Virus record (IMG/VR): IMGVR_UViG_3300033273_000282 | Span: 96,001-160,000 of that record | Source: a virus | Lineage: Duplodnaviria; Caudoviricetes | Direction: 5' to 3' (one strand) | Length of the DNA: 64,000 bases | In this document: piece by piece, positions 56,201 through 64,000 of the stretch | How the letters are laid out: each line of letters starts with the position of its first letter | Numbering within the stretch: position 1 is the stretch's first letter | Program-made: the position numbers and the translations under genes | The notes under the pieces: model-generated | Database searches by the model: none | Told to the model about the DNA's origin: nothing | Seen by the model: the letters and a program-made list of their open reading frames with translations, nothing else

Positions 56201-59200
56201 GGTGGTGTTGGTATTCCTGCTAACGAAGCAGTTGAAGAAGCATACGGTCAGGTCTACACCTCTGGTACTAACGAATTCGGTGACTTCAAGGTTGGTGACT
56301 TTGTTACCATCTTCAACAGAACTGGTAGTATCAGCTTCGTTGGTACTGTTAGTATCTCCGAACTGTCTTCGATTAAGATCGTTGGTGGCTCTATCACCAT
56401 TACTGGATTCTCCGACAGTGATGAACTGGGTGGTGCTTTTGCTTCTGACTCCTTGCTGCCTACACAGGCTGCTGTTAAGGACTACATCACCAACAAACTT
56501 GGTCCATACCTGAACCAGCCATACTCAACCAACGCTGTTCCTAGCGCTCTGGTTCAGTTGACCACTAGCGGTAAGATCAACATTGAACAGATCCCCGCTC
56601 TGCGTCCTTTCAATATCACATCTGTTGCCTCTACTGCCGAGCGTCTTGCTATTGAAGATGCCAGCGCTGGTGACATCGCTATTGAAACAACTTCGACTTC
56701 TTATCAAGTTGCTCCTTCTAGCGTTGATATTGTCAATGAAGTTATCACCATTCCTTCTCACGGTCTTACCACTGGCGATATTCTGACCTACTTCCAAGGT
56801 ACCTCCAACATTGGTAACTTGGCTGATGGTGCTAACTACTATGTAATTCAACATGCTATTGGTGCTAACACCACCGACTACATCAAACTCGCTACTTCCT
56901 TGGCTGATGCTCAGGCAGGCACTGCGAGAAACCTGACTTCTCAAGGTACTGGCACCCACGTCTTCCGTACTGAAGGTGCTGCTATTTCCTACATTCTGGA
57001 AAATGACCTTGATACAATGTATGCTGCGTTTGTTCCTAACAGCGCATACGTATTCAGCAACAACTCTCTGATTATTGGTTCTCAGTCTACTGCTCAGGTA
57101 ATCGTCACCAACTACGAAGGTGGTGTCGTCAGAGACATTCTGATCGATGATCCTGGTTCTGGTTACGCTACTGCTCCTGGTATTAGCATCAGTGCTCCAC
57201 CTAGCGGTACTCAAGCAACTGCGAGTTGTACTATCACTAATGGTCAGGTAGCGTCGATCACCATTACCAACCCTGGTTCTGGTTACTACACAGCACCTAC
57301 AGTTTCTTTCACAGGTGCTCCTACAGGCGGTACAACTGCTACTGCTCAGGGCAATGCTGCTAGAATTGAAGCCAGACTTTATGTTGATCTTGCTAATAAT
57401 ATCAAGATCTCTGACATTGACTTCATTCTTGACGAAGCAAACGTCACCGTAGCCAGCGGCGTATACACCCACGATACCTTCGATATCACAATTACTGAAA
57501 CCAATCACGGATTTAGCCAAGGTGATACGGTATATCTGGAATTCACATCTGGTTCTTCGACCAGTGGTTTCTACTCTGTTGATAGTATTGTCAACGCAAA
57601 CGAGTACACGGTTGTTGCTCAGACAGCACTCCTTACCTCTGGTAACTACAACAGAAAGAGAATCGTTGACATCACCAGAGTTGTTAACACCTCTGCTTCT
57701 AACGCTCAGAACTGGACTCAGTTGTCCTCCACTAACATCGATGCTTCTAACATCGTTGCTGGTGTTATTGACCCACAGCGTTTGGCTGACACTGGTGTTG
57801 CTAACTCCTTCACCTTCCTTAGAGGTGATGCTTCCTTCCAGTATGCTGTTCAGTCGATTAAATTTACTACAGACGATGTTCTGGTTGGTGAATCTTCGAT
57901 TCAGGATAACAGCTACATTGAGAAAGTTAATATCGTTAACCCTGGTTCTGGTTATACCGTTGGTACATACCAGAACATCCCAATGGTCGGCGGTAACGTT
58001 CAGATCTCTGAGCAAGGCGTTGCTCGTGCTACCTATACCGTCGCTGACGTTGTAACTGGTGGTATTGTAGATAGCGTAAGTAACCTGTCGTTTACCCCAG
58101 GATCTTACACCCCCAGCAGCACATTTGACGTTTCTGTTTCTACCACCGATGGCGCTGGTCTCGGTGCTCAGATCAGATTCGTAACTGATGTCAACGGTGA
58201 TATCGCAGTTGATATCATTCTCGATGGTGGATCTGGATACAATGGTGGCGATACTCTTGAATTTGACGGTCCACTCTTCGGTGGTACTGTACAGCAGGGC
58301 GTAAGCGTAACTGTATCCACGTTGACTTCCAGCACAACCCTTGGTGCTATCACTAGCGTTTCGGTTGTTACTCCTGGTACTGGATACACCTCTGACTTTA
58401 CACTCACAGTTCCTAGCGAACTGGGTCAACCAGTTCAGGCAGGTAGTCTGACTGCTGTTAAGGGTACATTGTCTCGTTACTACGGTAACGCTTCGTTTGA
58501 CCTTCTCAAGGCAAACAACCTTACCCCAACAACCCTCCAGGCTGGCGGTTCGGTCTTCGGTAACTATGGTATCGCCAAGTTCCGTAAGCCAGCTGCTGAG
58601 CAAGCGCTCGCTAACCAAGACCTCGGTGGTTTCGTTATTACCACTGCTGGTGAAGTTACCATTGACCAGGGTCCTGGTTCTAAACTGAACGCTGATAAAC
58701 TGGATGGTAACGAAGGTTCCTTCTACCAGAACGCTACCAACCTTATTGAGGGTATTCTTGATCCTCAGCGCCTGGCAAACACCACCTACAACATCTCGAT
58801 CTCTGGTACAGCAGACTACGCAAACACTCTGTTCTGCGAAACAACTGCTCCATCTTCCGCTAACGCTTCCCTCGTCAGCGCTGCTAACGTAGGTACCCAG
58901 CTTGCCCTGAGATCCAACTCCGTAACTGGTATTCCTACCGATGCTGGTGGAACCAGAGCGGGTATCATGACGTTCCGTCGTTCCGCAACTGGTAACTCTG
59001 TTGCTCAGTTGGCTTTCTCTGCCACCGACAACCTGTACCTGAGAGGCAACTCTGACACTGGTACTGTATATGGTCAGTGGGCGAAGATCTGGTCTTCTGA
59101 GAACGATGGTGCTCCCGATCCTAACGATCCTCGTCGTGGCACTCTGCCTGGTCCAGATGCCGACTACCTCGATGGTAAGCAAGGTCTCTGGTATCAAGGT

Positions 59201-61108
59201 GGTTACAACATCAATGACCAGCGTGTTGCTGGTGTCATCGGTGACACTGCTCTGCCCGAGCTGCTGGGTCGTAATAAGTATTTCGCTGACAACCTGTATC
59301 TGGTTGCTTCAAGTGAGACTTACGAACTGTATGTTCCCGACTTCTTCTGTGCTACTGGTACTGCTCCTGTTGGTAACTTGGCTAACAATGGAGTTTATAC
59401 ACTCTACTCCGATGAAGCCGCTGTCAATAACATCGGTACAATCACCATTCTTGCTAACGGTATTTCCGAAGTTAACGACACCACTACTGGTTCCATCTAC
59501 ACAACGATTAGAGGTACAATCAGTTTCGTTGGTAACTACACCAACAAAGATATCAAGGTCTTTGGTCCTAACCCTGGTACTAAGTGGACTGTTACTTCTT
59601 CCAACCTGCTGACCACTGGCGCAAGTCAAGTGTTCGCTATGAGCAACACCGCTAACGGTGCTCTGCTTGAAATTGGTAGAACTAACATCGTTGCTACCCC
59701 AACCATTGACTTTAGATCTGGTGCTCTGGCTTCTGACTATGATGTAAGATTTGAAGTTAGCGGTGGCACCGCACAGAACGGTGAAGGTGTTATCGAACTG
59801 AAGACCAGTTCCTTCACCCTGAACGGCAACACTGTATGGCACTCTGGTAATGACGGTGTTTCCTCTCAGTTGGACGCACACTATGTTGATGGTTACATCC
59901 AGAGCTCTTCTAACACAAACAATGCTCTTGTAAGAAGAACATCAAGCGGCGACATTAACATCTCTGACGTATACGCTGATCAAGGTATCTTCGCCAACAC
60001 TGGTGAATCCATCCTTCAACTTGCTGATAGCAACGGTATCAACCTCGGTAAGGCAGGCACTAACGTTCTGTCCCTCAGAGGTAGACAGAATACCAATACT
60101 GGTTACATTGAGTTTGGTAATGATTCCAAGAAACTTGGTTGGAACGGTACTCACCTGTCCTACGGTACAATCTACTTCCGTAACAACAGAATCGGTATTG
60201 GCAATGATAACCCACAATATGATCTTCACGCCGCAGGTGATATCGTCACTGGTAGCACAAGCAGATCCGCTAATACAGTTGTTCGTGCTCTCTCGGGAGA
60301 CAGCAACCAAGCAGGCTTTGAAGCGTACGGTAACAGCCAAGGTACTGGTTACCTGTACATAGGTCAGTCTACTTCTTATGGTGGTGGTATTGCCTATAAC
60401 GGCGACAACTCCCCCGCAGCGTTCGGTTCTGAACAGGGTGACGATATCACCTTCTACAGAAGAAACAACGGCACTGACACCCGTGTCATGAAGTACCGTT
60501 ATAATGATTCTACCGTTCACTTCTTCGGTCAGATTCGCTCTCGCGTTGCTACTGGTACCGCTCCCGTCGATGTAGACTCCACTACAGTATGTAATAACCT
60601 GAACGCTGACCTGCTCGATGGATACCAGGCAAACAACCTGCCTTACCTGTCCAGAGCAGTCAACACCTGGATTACTGATGCGAACGGTCAGCAGAGATTC
60701 TACTTCTCTAACAACTCTCATACATACTTCAGAACTGGTAATGACTTCTTCTTCAGAAATGATTCTGATCAGACATTCTTGTCGATGGATGAGGGTGGTA
60801 GAGTTCACTTCCACGAGCCAGGTAGCAACAGCATTCAGAGCAGCTACAGACTCCAAGTTACTGGAGATAGTGGTCTTAACATTAACGCTTCTGAAAGTCT
60901 CTCTAGTGGTCAGAAGTCTACTGTTCTCAGAGCAACTGGAGACAAGCAGTATCTTGACTCCTATGGTATAATCAAGAGAAACCGTCAGAACATTAGCGAG
61001 TCTATCACCATCAACAACGGTGATTCTTGTGGATCCTTTGGTCCTATCACTATAAATAATAATGTGACCATTCAAGTCGCCCCAGGCGGTGCCTGGGTAA
61101 TTCTCTAA
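50207..61108 (+). CDS. Giant tail fibre protein, 3633 aa
   Basis: Split beta-helix domain, helical Cys repeats, repeated ASNIVAGVIDPQRL / ATNLIEGILDPQRL trimer motifs, NADKLDG shaft repeats, C-terminal GPITINNNVTIQV..GGAWVIL. Confidence 0.88.
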   Translation: MSLSLNSSQQRLEGSGLVPQGPWTSATYGRANGIVTVTSVAHRLNDEERIYIKFGEDQLLRTIPAGQHEINVVDDDTFTITGTGQNFIEAATACSYRLVRSFVLNATDSMAFTVGTGANEDDAVFINKGPTGNIRVGINNTNPEFDLDVEGQIRTTRSIISDTAQIRNLDVTNEFVTKGLDLRGPNLINFEETDPTASDFGTIYYPTADNPPRQTQNNRIATTKFVYDVATADNGGRVYVSSVPGIGDDENDGRSAAKPVRTIKKAAQIAYSLQQDTEVPEYVSIIVSGGDYVEDNPISLPYNCSLIGDNLRRVILRPLNQDRHMIKASNETYAAGVVFRDHLDNTGTPDWTWKYAYVFDDKQRLYYEPEIAPFSFSPGLENQGRNLFAITFENHTGDNTTLLVGYAVEGGSSSSRGIIESVVFTGPNASPYSSGTIQVLMSDDQSTFLLAEKLYYADIYANIVKTGASPSDSLDVADRESQRPETEVIKHQRYQHVISSETETLRFDGTDLNNVIDTTDNRITIPLHRLYTGAKVIYKVQNEDGAPVEGLTDNTTYFVRVINDNTIELYDTWLDATSLQTTTGIRNLSDEGSGDEHTLFTCRVSVNDDTIYFPNHGLFTGNGIYYRASKAGGIGGLNDNSLIFVYRVDSHHFKLANTQADATNKNISGEDAPVILPLTSEGIGYQRFEKAINVVDISSVTTDVATQQAYNGIIYEVTAASRVIEGINFVGHDYEVGQEVQIYGLPYTALSFGSGASATYTQTANLITVTVSNTDPTVMNVLWPNLKTLGPVGGKGVGVRMVFDDAGNTGHINKSFHIATYQDGTLAQTQSDFNAYLGSPSNLGAGVARYNSSTNEVYFLLRAVDSATRSGTVTVFDNLGDFNGRKYVTHRIERADGYSVKFVTRGSCSRIATALDPSGDQQVCSATNYALMSLRNSPYAFDKVEFGANVQESAKQRDAAETINNNLSFIAEESYAYVKSQYNAGTNTSFSRTGTYTCSGNVMTVTCPRGSAVFAKNSYAFNFSGATTDGAYIVDDCEDHRRFTIILPAASTDSGTVTITIPAPWQTPNSVPPVDRAADGTSLILANKQLIAQEAVARMLIANPTFNIPTGNQACIDDAVDFLEAMAYNLAYGGNDQVYDAAKYYVDGAHVVGEEDESVEVFNNARDIAIQVMRNQTVTIQGSHGLTQIKDFTISPDSANSGVGDRFSDARNLIYKNKEFIAEIAVGRLNANLGYEVVDSRHMDAHDLLIANLDFIAEEAYAVQLAADPNLTTPTGDPQDCIDDVRDILTAVAFNVQHGSNNQVWDAANLYVGTPHIQGEEANSIAIINHARDIAKLVITNRTHTKVGSHEYTQSFDTTITHDQSASGGAYSSADCANVQSTIDSLMLIVTDAITNQTLNGVTKTTPATFSVPTGNQSCIDDIINILEVASWNLAMGGNDFTYDAANLYITGNHVVGEENHSIYAFRQARDIAIECFQNEDVTTGGYTQRTQFKDLTITQDTGLPICANVIASLTALMNVVEVAIDTQSLSSFTRTDSYANRCSDTAAAITSLTGVVTGAIGSTGNPGSLSGVVRTYPVSDQQCIDDVYHVLRAWMYDMRYGGNSKTIEAAQKYIQGTNVNYVTNEVPQTREVYTRAEQLATLAIRNQLPQGEFSQIAPFHNASTTVDSNQPECGASITFLNGLATILDDALSTAGTSLSNVTLTEPSTLLKDDSGLKIVPMLADNLDLPVIEASPYIQNASLISFLGASGAEIDGAKVASPNVPRPGVFLDGNGVERSTFPPQGKSMVANAFTIISVNGGVGYNILNDGYTQLVSVFVIFGGDGVIVQSGGYASLTNSASNFGTRALKATGYRSEAYEFDVGTVTQIRNQTDNNGAQTGRQIIEVGGPITNFPVEDYIIKFEGFRNSDPAKEYFVLGTEQLSGSIGTQITANVTTNDGLGLDLIRESDSTNVSFQNGNLDLLNNAVIKFHRPSICNSSSHTWEYVGAGDTYNALPQNGGVGIPANEAVEEAYGQVYTSGTNEFGDFKVGDFVTIFNRTGSISFVGTVSISELSSIKIVGGSITITGFSDSDELGGAFASDSLLPTQAAVKDYITNKLGPYLNQPYSTNAVPSALVQLTTSGKINIEQIPALRPFNITSVASTAERLAIEDASAGDIAIETTSTSYQVAPSSVDIVNEVITIPSHGLTTGDILTYFQGTSNIGNLADGANYYVIQHAIGANTTDYIKLATSLADAQAGTARNLTSQGTGTHVFRTEGAAISYILENDLDTMYAAFVPNSAYVFSNNSLIIGSQSTAQVIVTNYEGGVVRDILIDDPGSGYATAPGISISAPPSGTQATASCTITNGQVASITITNPGSGYYTAPTVSFTGAPTGGTTATAQGNAARIEARLYVDLANNIKISDIDFILDEANVTVASGVYTHDTFDITITETNHGFSQGDTVYLEFTSGSSTSGFYSVDSIVNANEYTVVAQTALLTSGNYNRKRIVDITRVVNTSASNAQNWTQLSSTNIDASNIVAGVIDPQRLADTGVANSFTFLRGDASFQYAVQSIKFTTDDVLVGESSIQDNSYIEKVNIVNPGSGYTVGTYQNIPMVGGNVQISEQGVARATYTVADVVTGGIVDSVSNLSFTPGSYTPSSTFDVSVSTTDGAGLGAQIRFVTDVNGDIAVDIILDGGSGYNGGDTLEFDGPLFGGTVQQGVSVTVSTLTSSTTLGAITSVSVVTPGTGYTSDFTLTVPSELGQPVQAGSLTAVKGTLSRYYGNASFDLLKANNLTPTTLQAGGSVFGNYGIAKFRKPAAEQALANQDLGGFVITTAGEVTIDQGPGSKLNADKLDGNEGSFYQNATNLIEGILDPQRLANTTYNISISGTADYANTLFCETTAPSSANASLVSAANVGTQLALRSNSVTGIPTDAGGTRAGIMTFRRSATGNSVAQLAFSATDNLYLRGNSDTGTVYGQWAKIWSSENDGAPDPNDPRRGTLPGPDADYLDGKQGLWYQGGYNINDQRVAGVIGDTALPELLGRNKYFADNLYLVASSETYELYVPDFFCATGTAPVGNLANNGVYTLYSDEAAVNNIGTITILANGISEVNDTTTGSIYTTIRGTISFVGNYTNKDIKVFGPNPGTKWTVTSSNLLTTGASQVFAMSNTANGALLEIGRTNIVATPTIDFRSGALASDYDVRFEVSGGTAQNGEGVIELKTSSFTLNGNTVWHSGNDGVSSQLDAHYVDGYIQSSSNTNNALVRRTSSGDINISDVYADQGIFANTGESILQLADSNGINLGKAGTNVLSLRGRQNTNTGYIEFGNDSKKLGWNGTHLSYGTIYFRNNRIGIGNDNPQYDLHAAGDIVTGSTSRSANTVVRALSGDSNQAGFEAYGNSQGTGYLYIGQSTSYGGGIAYNGDNSPAAFGSEQGDDITFYRRNNGTDTRVMKYRYNDSTVHFFGQIRSRVATGTAPVDVDSTTVCNNLNADLLDGYQANNLPYLSRAVNTWITDANGQQRFYFSNNSHTYFRTGNDFFFRNDSDQTFLSMDEGGRVHFHEPGSNSIQSSYRLQVTGDSGLNINASESLSSGQKSTVLRATGDKQYLDSYGIIKRNRQNISESITINNGDSCGSFGPITINNNVTIQVAPGGAWVIL
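61051..61058 (+). promoter_or_regulatory. T4 late promoter TATAAATA within the 3' end of the fibre gene
   Basis: Exact consensus 58 nt before ATG 61117. Confidence 0.65.
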
Positions 61109-61116
61109 GTAAATCT

Positions 61117-61869
61117 ATGAGTAGGTTATACGTAAATAATATCCGCGCTTACAGCGGATCAACTATTTCCATTCCTGCCACTACTGCCCTCTCTCTTGGT
61201 GGAGCCAAGATTGACGAGAACTCTGTTCTGCCCAGTGCTTCTGGGCAGGCTAACCGAGCAGTTGGTAGTGATGGTGAGCAAGTTGTATATGACACTTACG
61301 GTGCTCAGTCGATCCAAGTGTTCCAAAGTTCTGGAACATACACTAAATCGGCTGGCGTCAATACCGTTCTTGTCAGGCTTGTAGGTGGCGGTGGTGGTGG
61401 TTCAGGTCATGCTGAATCTGGTGGTGCTGGTGGATACGCTGAAAGAGTTTGCGATGTATCTGGAGTAAATACAGTATCCGTTGTCGTTGGACAGGGTGGT
61501 GCTGGTACTTACTACTCTGGTAGATCGAGCCAAGGTGGTTCTACTTCATTTGGTTCTTTCTGTTCTGCTACTGGTGGCGATGGCGCTAACCAGTCTTTCC
61601 AACATGCTGGTGGACTGGGGGGAATCGGTGCTGGTGGAGATGTTAATATGTACGGCGGCGGTGGATCTGCCCACGGTAGATATAACGGAGCAGGTGGATA
61701 TTCCTTCTTCGGTGGTTGCGCTGCTAGAGGACACCCCCGTGGTGGCGACTATTCAAGAAACCACCAATCAAGATGTGCTCCTGGATCGGGTGGCGCTAAC
61801 GGCTGGTTTCGATCCTACCTCGGACCAGATGGTAAACACGGTATGGTAGTAATCTGGGAATTTAAGTAA
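61117..61869 (+). CDS. Glycine-rich fibre-tip/adhesin-like protein, paralogue 1
   Basis: MSRLYVNNI..., F.SSGTYT...V.LVGGGGGG...GGAGGY...GxxGMVVIWEF. Confidence 0.75.
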   Translation: MSRLYVNNIRAYSGSTISIPATTALSLGGAKIDENSVLPSASGQANRAVGSDGEQVVYDTYGAQSIQVFQSSGTYTKSAGVNTVLVRLVGGGGGGSGHAESGGAGGYAERVCDVSGVNTVSVVVGQGGAGTYYSGRSSQGGSTSFGSFCSATGGDGANQSFQHAGGLGGIGAGGDVNMYGGGGSAHGRYNGAGGYSFFGGCAARGHPRGGDYSRNHQSRCAPGSGGANGWFRSYLGPDGKHGMVVIWEFK

Positions 61870-61872
61870 ACA

Positions 61873-62634
61873 ATGTCTATTCTTAAGGTCAATGAATTGA
61901 GAGCCCAGTCGGGCAGTAACGTAACCATTCAAAGTGGTTATAGTCTTCGCCTGGGAACTAAGACACTGGATGCTTCTAGTGTTATGCCCTCGCCCTCTGG
62001 TCAGAATGGTAAAATTCTTACCAGTAATGGATCTACTAGATCATGGACTGAACATGGTGCCGTATCGATGCAGGTATGGACTTCCAATGGAACTTGGAGC
62101 AGACCATCTGGGGTAAAGAGAATTCTTGTTAGAATCTCTGGTGCTGGCGGTGCTGGCTCGGGTGTTGGTGAAGCAGGTGGTGCTGGTGGATACGCTGAAG
62201 AAATTATCGACGTTACTGGTATCTCTTCTGTTTCTATTACTGTAGGTCAGCCTGGTTCCTGGGGTGGTACTTACTACTCAGGTGGTGCTGCTAATGGCGG
62301 TACTACTTCTTTCGGTAACTATCTCTCTGCCTCTGGTGGTAACGGTGCTAACCGTAATTACCAGCACTGTGGAGGACTTCCTGGCGTAGGCTCAGGTGGT
62401 CAACTTAACATCTACGGTGGCGGTGGATCTGGTCACGAGTATTGGTCTGGTTATCCTGGTGGCGGTTCCTTCTGGGGTGGCGCAGGTGCGACTGGTCACC
62501 CTCGCGGTGGTCACTATGCTTACACCCACCAATATAGAGCCGCTCCTGGTAGCGGTGGTTCTCCTGGGTATCACACTTCTCGTCGTGGTGCTAGGGGTAT
62601 GGCTGGAATCGTAGTAGTTTGGAACTTCGCATAA
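61873..62634 (+). CDS. Glycine-rich fibre-tip/adhesin-like protein, paralogue 2
   Basis: Colinear with its neighbours. Confidence 0.75.
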   Translation: MSILKVNELRAQSGSNVTIQSGYSLRLGTKTLDASSVMPSPSGQNGKILTSNGSTRSWTEHGAVSMQVWTSNGTWSRPSGVKRILVRISGAGGAGSGVGEAGGAGGYAEEIIDVTGISSVSITVGQPGSWGGTYYSGGAANGGTTSFGNYLSASGGNGANRNYQHCGGLPGVGSGGQLNIYGGGGSGHEYWSGYPGGGSFWGGAGATGHPRGGHYAYTHQYRAAPGSGGSPGYHTSRRGARGMAGIVVVWNFA

Positions 62635-62637
62635 ACA

Positions 62638-63393
62638 ATGTCTAATATCCGTATCAATGAACTCGACGCTGCGTCGGGAACTACTATTCTTATCCCCGAT
62701 GGATACAATCTATCCCTCGGCGGCACTACGCTGAACAAGAACTCGATTCCCCCACCACCAGCGGGGAACGCTGGTAAGTTTCTTGTTAGTGATGGAACTT
62801 CTGCGTCGTATAAAAACATCGGTCCCGCTAGTATTCAGACTTTCTATAGCAGTTCTACTTGGACTAGACCTCCTGGGATTAACCGTGTTCTGGTCCGTGT
62901 AGTCGGCGGCGGCGGCGGTGGATCTGGACACTCAGAATCAGGCGGAGCAGGTGGCTATTCTGAAGAGGTAATCGATGTCCGTGGAATCTCGTCTGTTACT
63001 ATTACTGTGGGCAATGGCTCTACGGGCGGCACTTATTATTCTGGTAATGGCGGAGGCGGTCAGACATCCTCATTCGGAAACTACCTTTCTGCGTCGGGTG
63101 GTCTCGGTGCTAACCAGTCTTACCAACATTGCGGTGGTCTTGGTGGTTTGGGCTCTGGTGGCAATTTGAATATCTACGGTGGCGGTGGTATCGGACACAT
63201 GAACTACATGGGTCATGGTGGCGGATCATTCTTTGGTTGTGGCACCATGAGCGCTCATGGTAATTGGGTACAAGGTACCCGTTCTAACCAACTTCGTGCT
63301 GCTTATGGTGCTGGTGGAACGTCTGGTTATCAGCGTTCTTATCAAGGTGCCAATGGCATGCAGGGGTGCGTTATTGTAATGGAGTTTATTTAA
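62638..63393 (+). CDS. Glycine-rich fibre-tip/adhesin-like protein, paralogue 3
   Basis: Colinear with its neighbours. Confidence 0.75.
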   Translation: MSNIRINELDAASGTTILIPDGYNLSLGGTTLNKNSIPPPPAGNAGKFLVSDGTSASYKNIGPASIQTFYSSSTWTRPPGINRVLVRVVGGGGGGSGHSESGGAGGYSEEVIDVRGISSVTITVGNGSTGGTYYSGNGGGGQTSSFGNYLSASGGLGANQSYQHCGGLGGLGSGGNLNIYGGGGIGHMNYMGHGGGSFFGCGTMSAHGNWVQGTRSNQLRAAYGAGGTSGYQRSYQGANGMQGCVIVMEFI

Positions 63394-63396
63394 TTC

Positions 63397-63402
63397 TAAA
63401 TA
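63397..63402 (+). promoter_or_regulatory. Late promoter core TAAATA
   Basis: Intergenic, 23 nt before ATG 63426. Confidence 0.6.
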
Positions 63403-63425
63403 GTTACCAAGGAATCTAGAGTAAA

Positions 63426-63941
63426 ATGGCTAAAAGTTGTCTTGTAGATTACAGAGGATTTATCACCGACATCAGAGAATGCGGTGATGAATTTGAAGTA
63501 TACCAAGGTCCCGATTCTCATATCCGCTGGGTCATTTGTGATGATGACAACGTGGATAATACTTGGGTCCTTTATAACGGGGAGTTTTTCCCTGGAGATC
63601 TTCGCCTGGAACGTAACCAGGATATGAAGCGTAAGGTTGCTTACGGATCGATCGAAGAGCAGTTGGACATGATGTACTGGGATCAGGTCAACGGAACGAC
63701 CACCTGGAGAGATCATATTGGCTCGATCAAATCAGCGGAACCCACTCAGTCCGTTGCTGACGCTGATCCTACCTTCTACGCTGATAAGCGAGAGTTTGAG
63801 ATGGGTACTGAGGATGCTCCTGCCTGGGAAACTCTTCCCGCAGTAAAGCGTCAGAAGATCACCACCTTCAAGAATGGGACAGTTTATGAAGAGGGCTGGG
63901 GTCCTGACCCTGTGACTGGCAAACCTGTTAGACTGGCTTGA
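63426..63941 (+). CDS. Fibre-associated protein (assembly chaperone-like)
   Basis: RKVAYGSIEEQLDMMYWD..NGTTTW.DHI..IK motif recurrent next to cyanophage fibre genes. Confidence 0.65.
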   Translation: MAKSCLVDYRGFITDIRECGDEFEVYQGPDSHIRWVICDDDNVDNTWVLYNGEFFPGDLRLERNQDMKRKVAYGSIEEQLDMMYWDQVNGTTTWRDHIGSIKSAEPTQSVADADPTFYADKREFEMGTEDAPAWETLPAVKRQKITTFKNGTVYEEGWGPDPVTGKPVRLA

Positions 63942-63958
63942 GGATATCCATCTAGATT

Positions 63959-64000
63959 ATGATTGATAAAATTTGTATTGTTGGCGGCGGCACCGCTGGA
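63959..64000 (+). CDS. 5' end of an FAD-dependent tryptophan-halogenase-like protein (truncated by window end)
   Basis: MIDKICIVGGGTAG is the Rossmann GxGxxG start typical of PrnA-like proteins; only 14 codons visible. Confidence 0.65.
   Translation, partial: MIDKICIVGGGTAG

Noticed and set aside
51566-59197. Very long minus-strand ORFs (1038 aa at 51566-54682, 890 aa at 56525-59197) and many shorter ones across the structural genes
   Set aside because: The 51566-54682 ORF is codon-in-register with the sense gene (checked). Scarcity of TTA/CTA/TCA in the sense frame removes antisense stops. Translations are low-complexity S/T/V/N with no motifs.

Overview
A 64 kb, essentially all plus-strand segment of a large T4-like cyanomyovirus (Kyanoviridae-type architecture; the exact phage cannot be named from sequence alone). 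1-13.4 kb is an accessory/early region. It holds a restriction-endonuclease/methyltransferase pair, an HExxH peptidase, a ParB-like protein, an SF2 helicase, two Fe(II)/2OG oxygenases, a HicA-like gene and about 30 small genes. Many of these sit behind a repeated promoter cassette (inverted-repeat box, fixed 29-30 nt gap, -10 hexamer). The longest intergenic gap carries a tandem array of cyanobacterial-type DnaA boxes. An Sfp-like phosphopantetheinyl transferase sits at the early/late junction (13.5 kb). 14.3-64 kb is the late baseplate/tail-fibre block: PAAR gp5.4, gp25, gp6, a 4447-aa gp7-like protein, gp8, a VrlC-like protein, three fibre genes (562, 2392, 3633 aa), three tandem Gly-rich adhesin-like paralogues, a fibre-associated protein and the first 14 codons of a tryptophan-halogenase-like gene. 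T4 late promoters (TATAAATA/TAAATA) punctuate this block. No tRNA, rRNA, CRISPR array, integrase or transposase was seen. Family assignments rest on motif recognition by eye; no database search was run.
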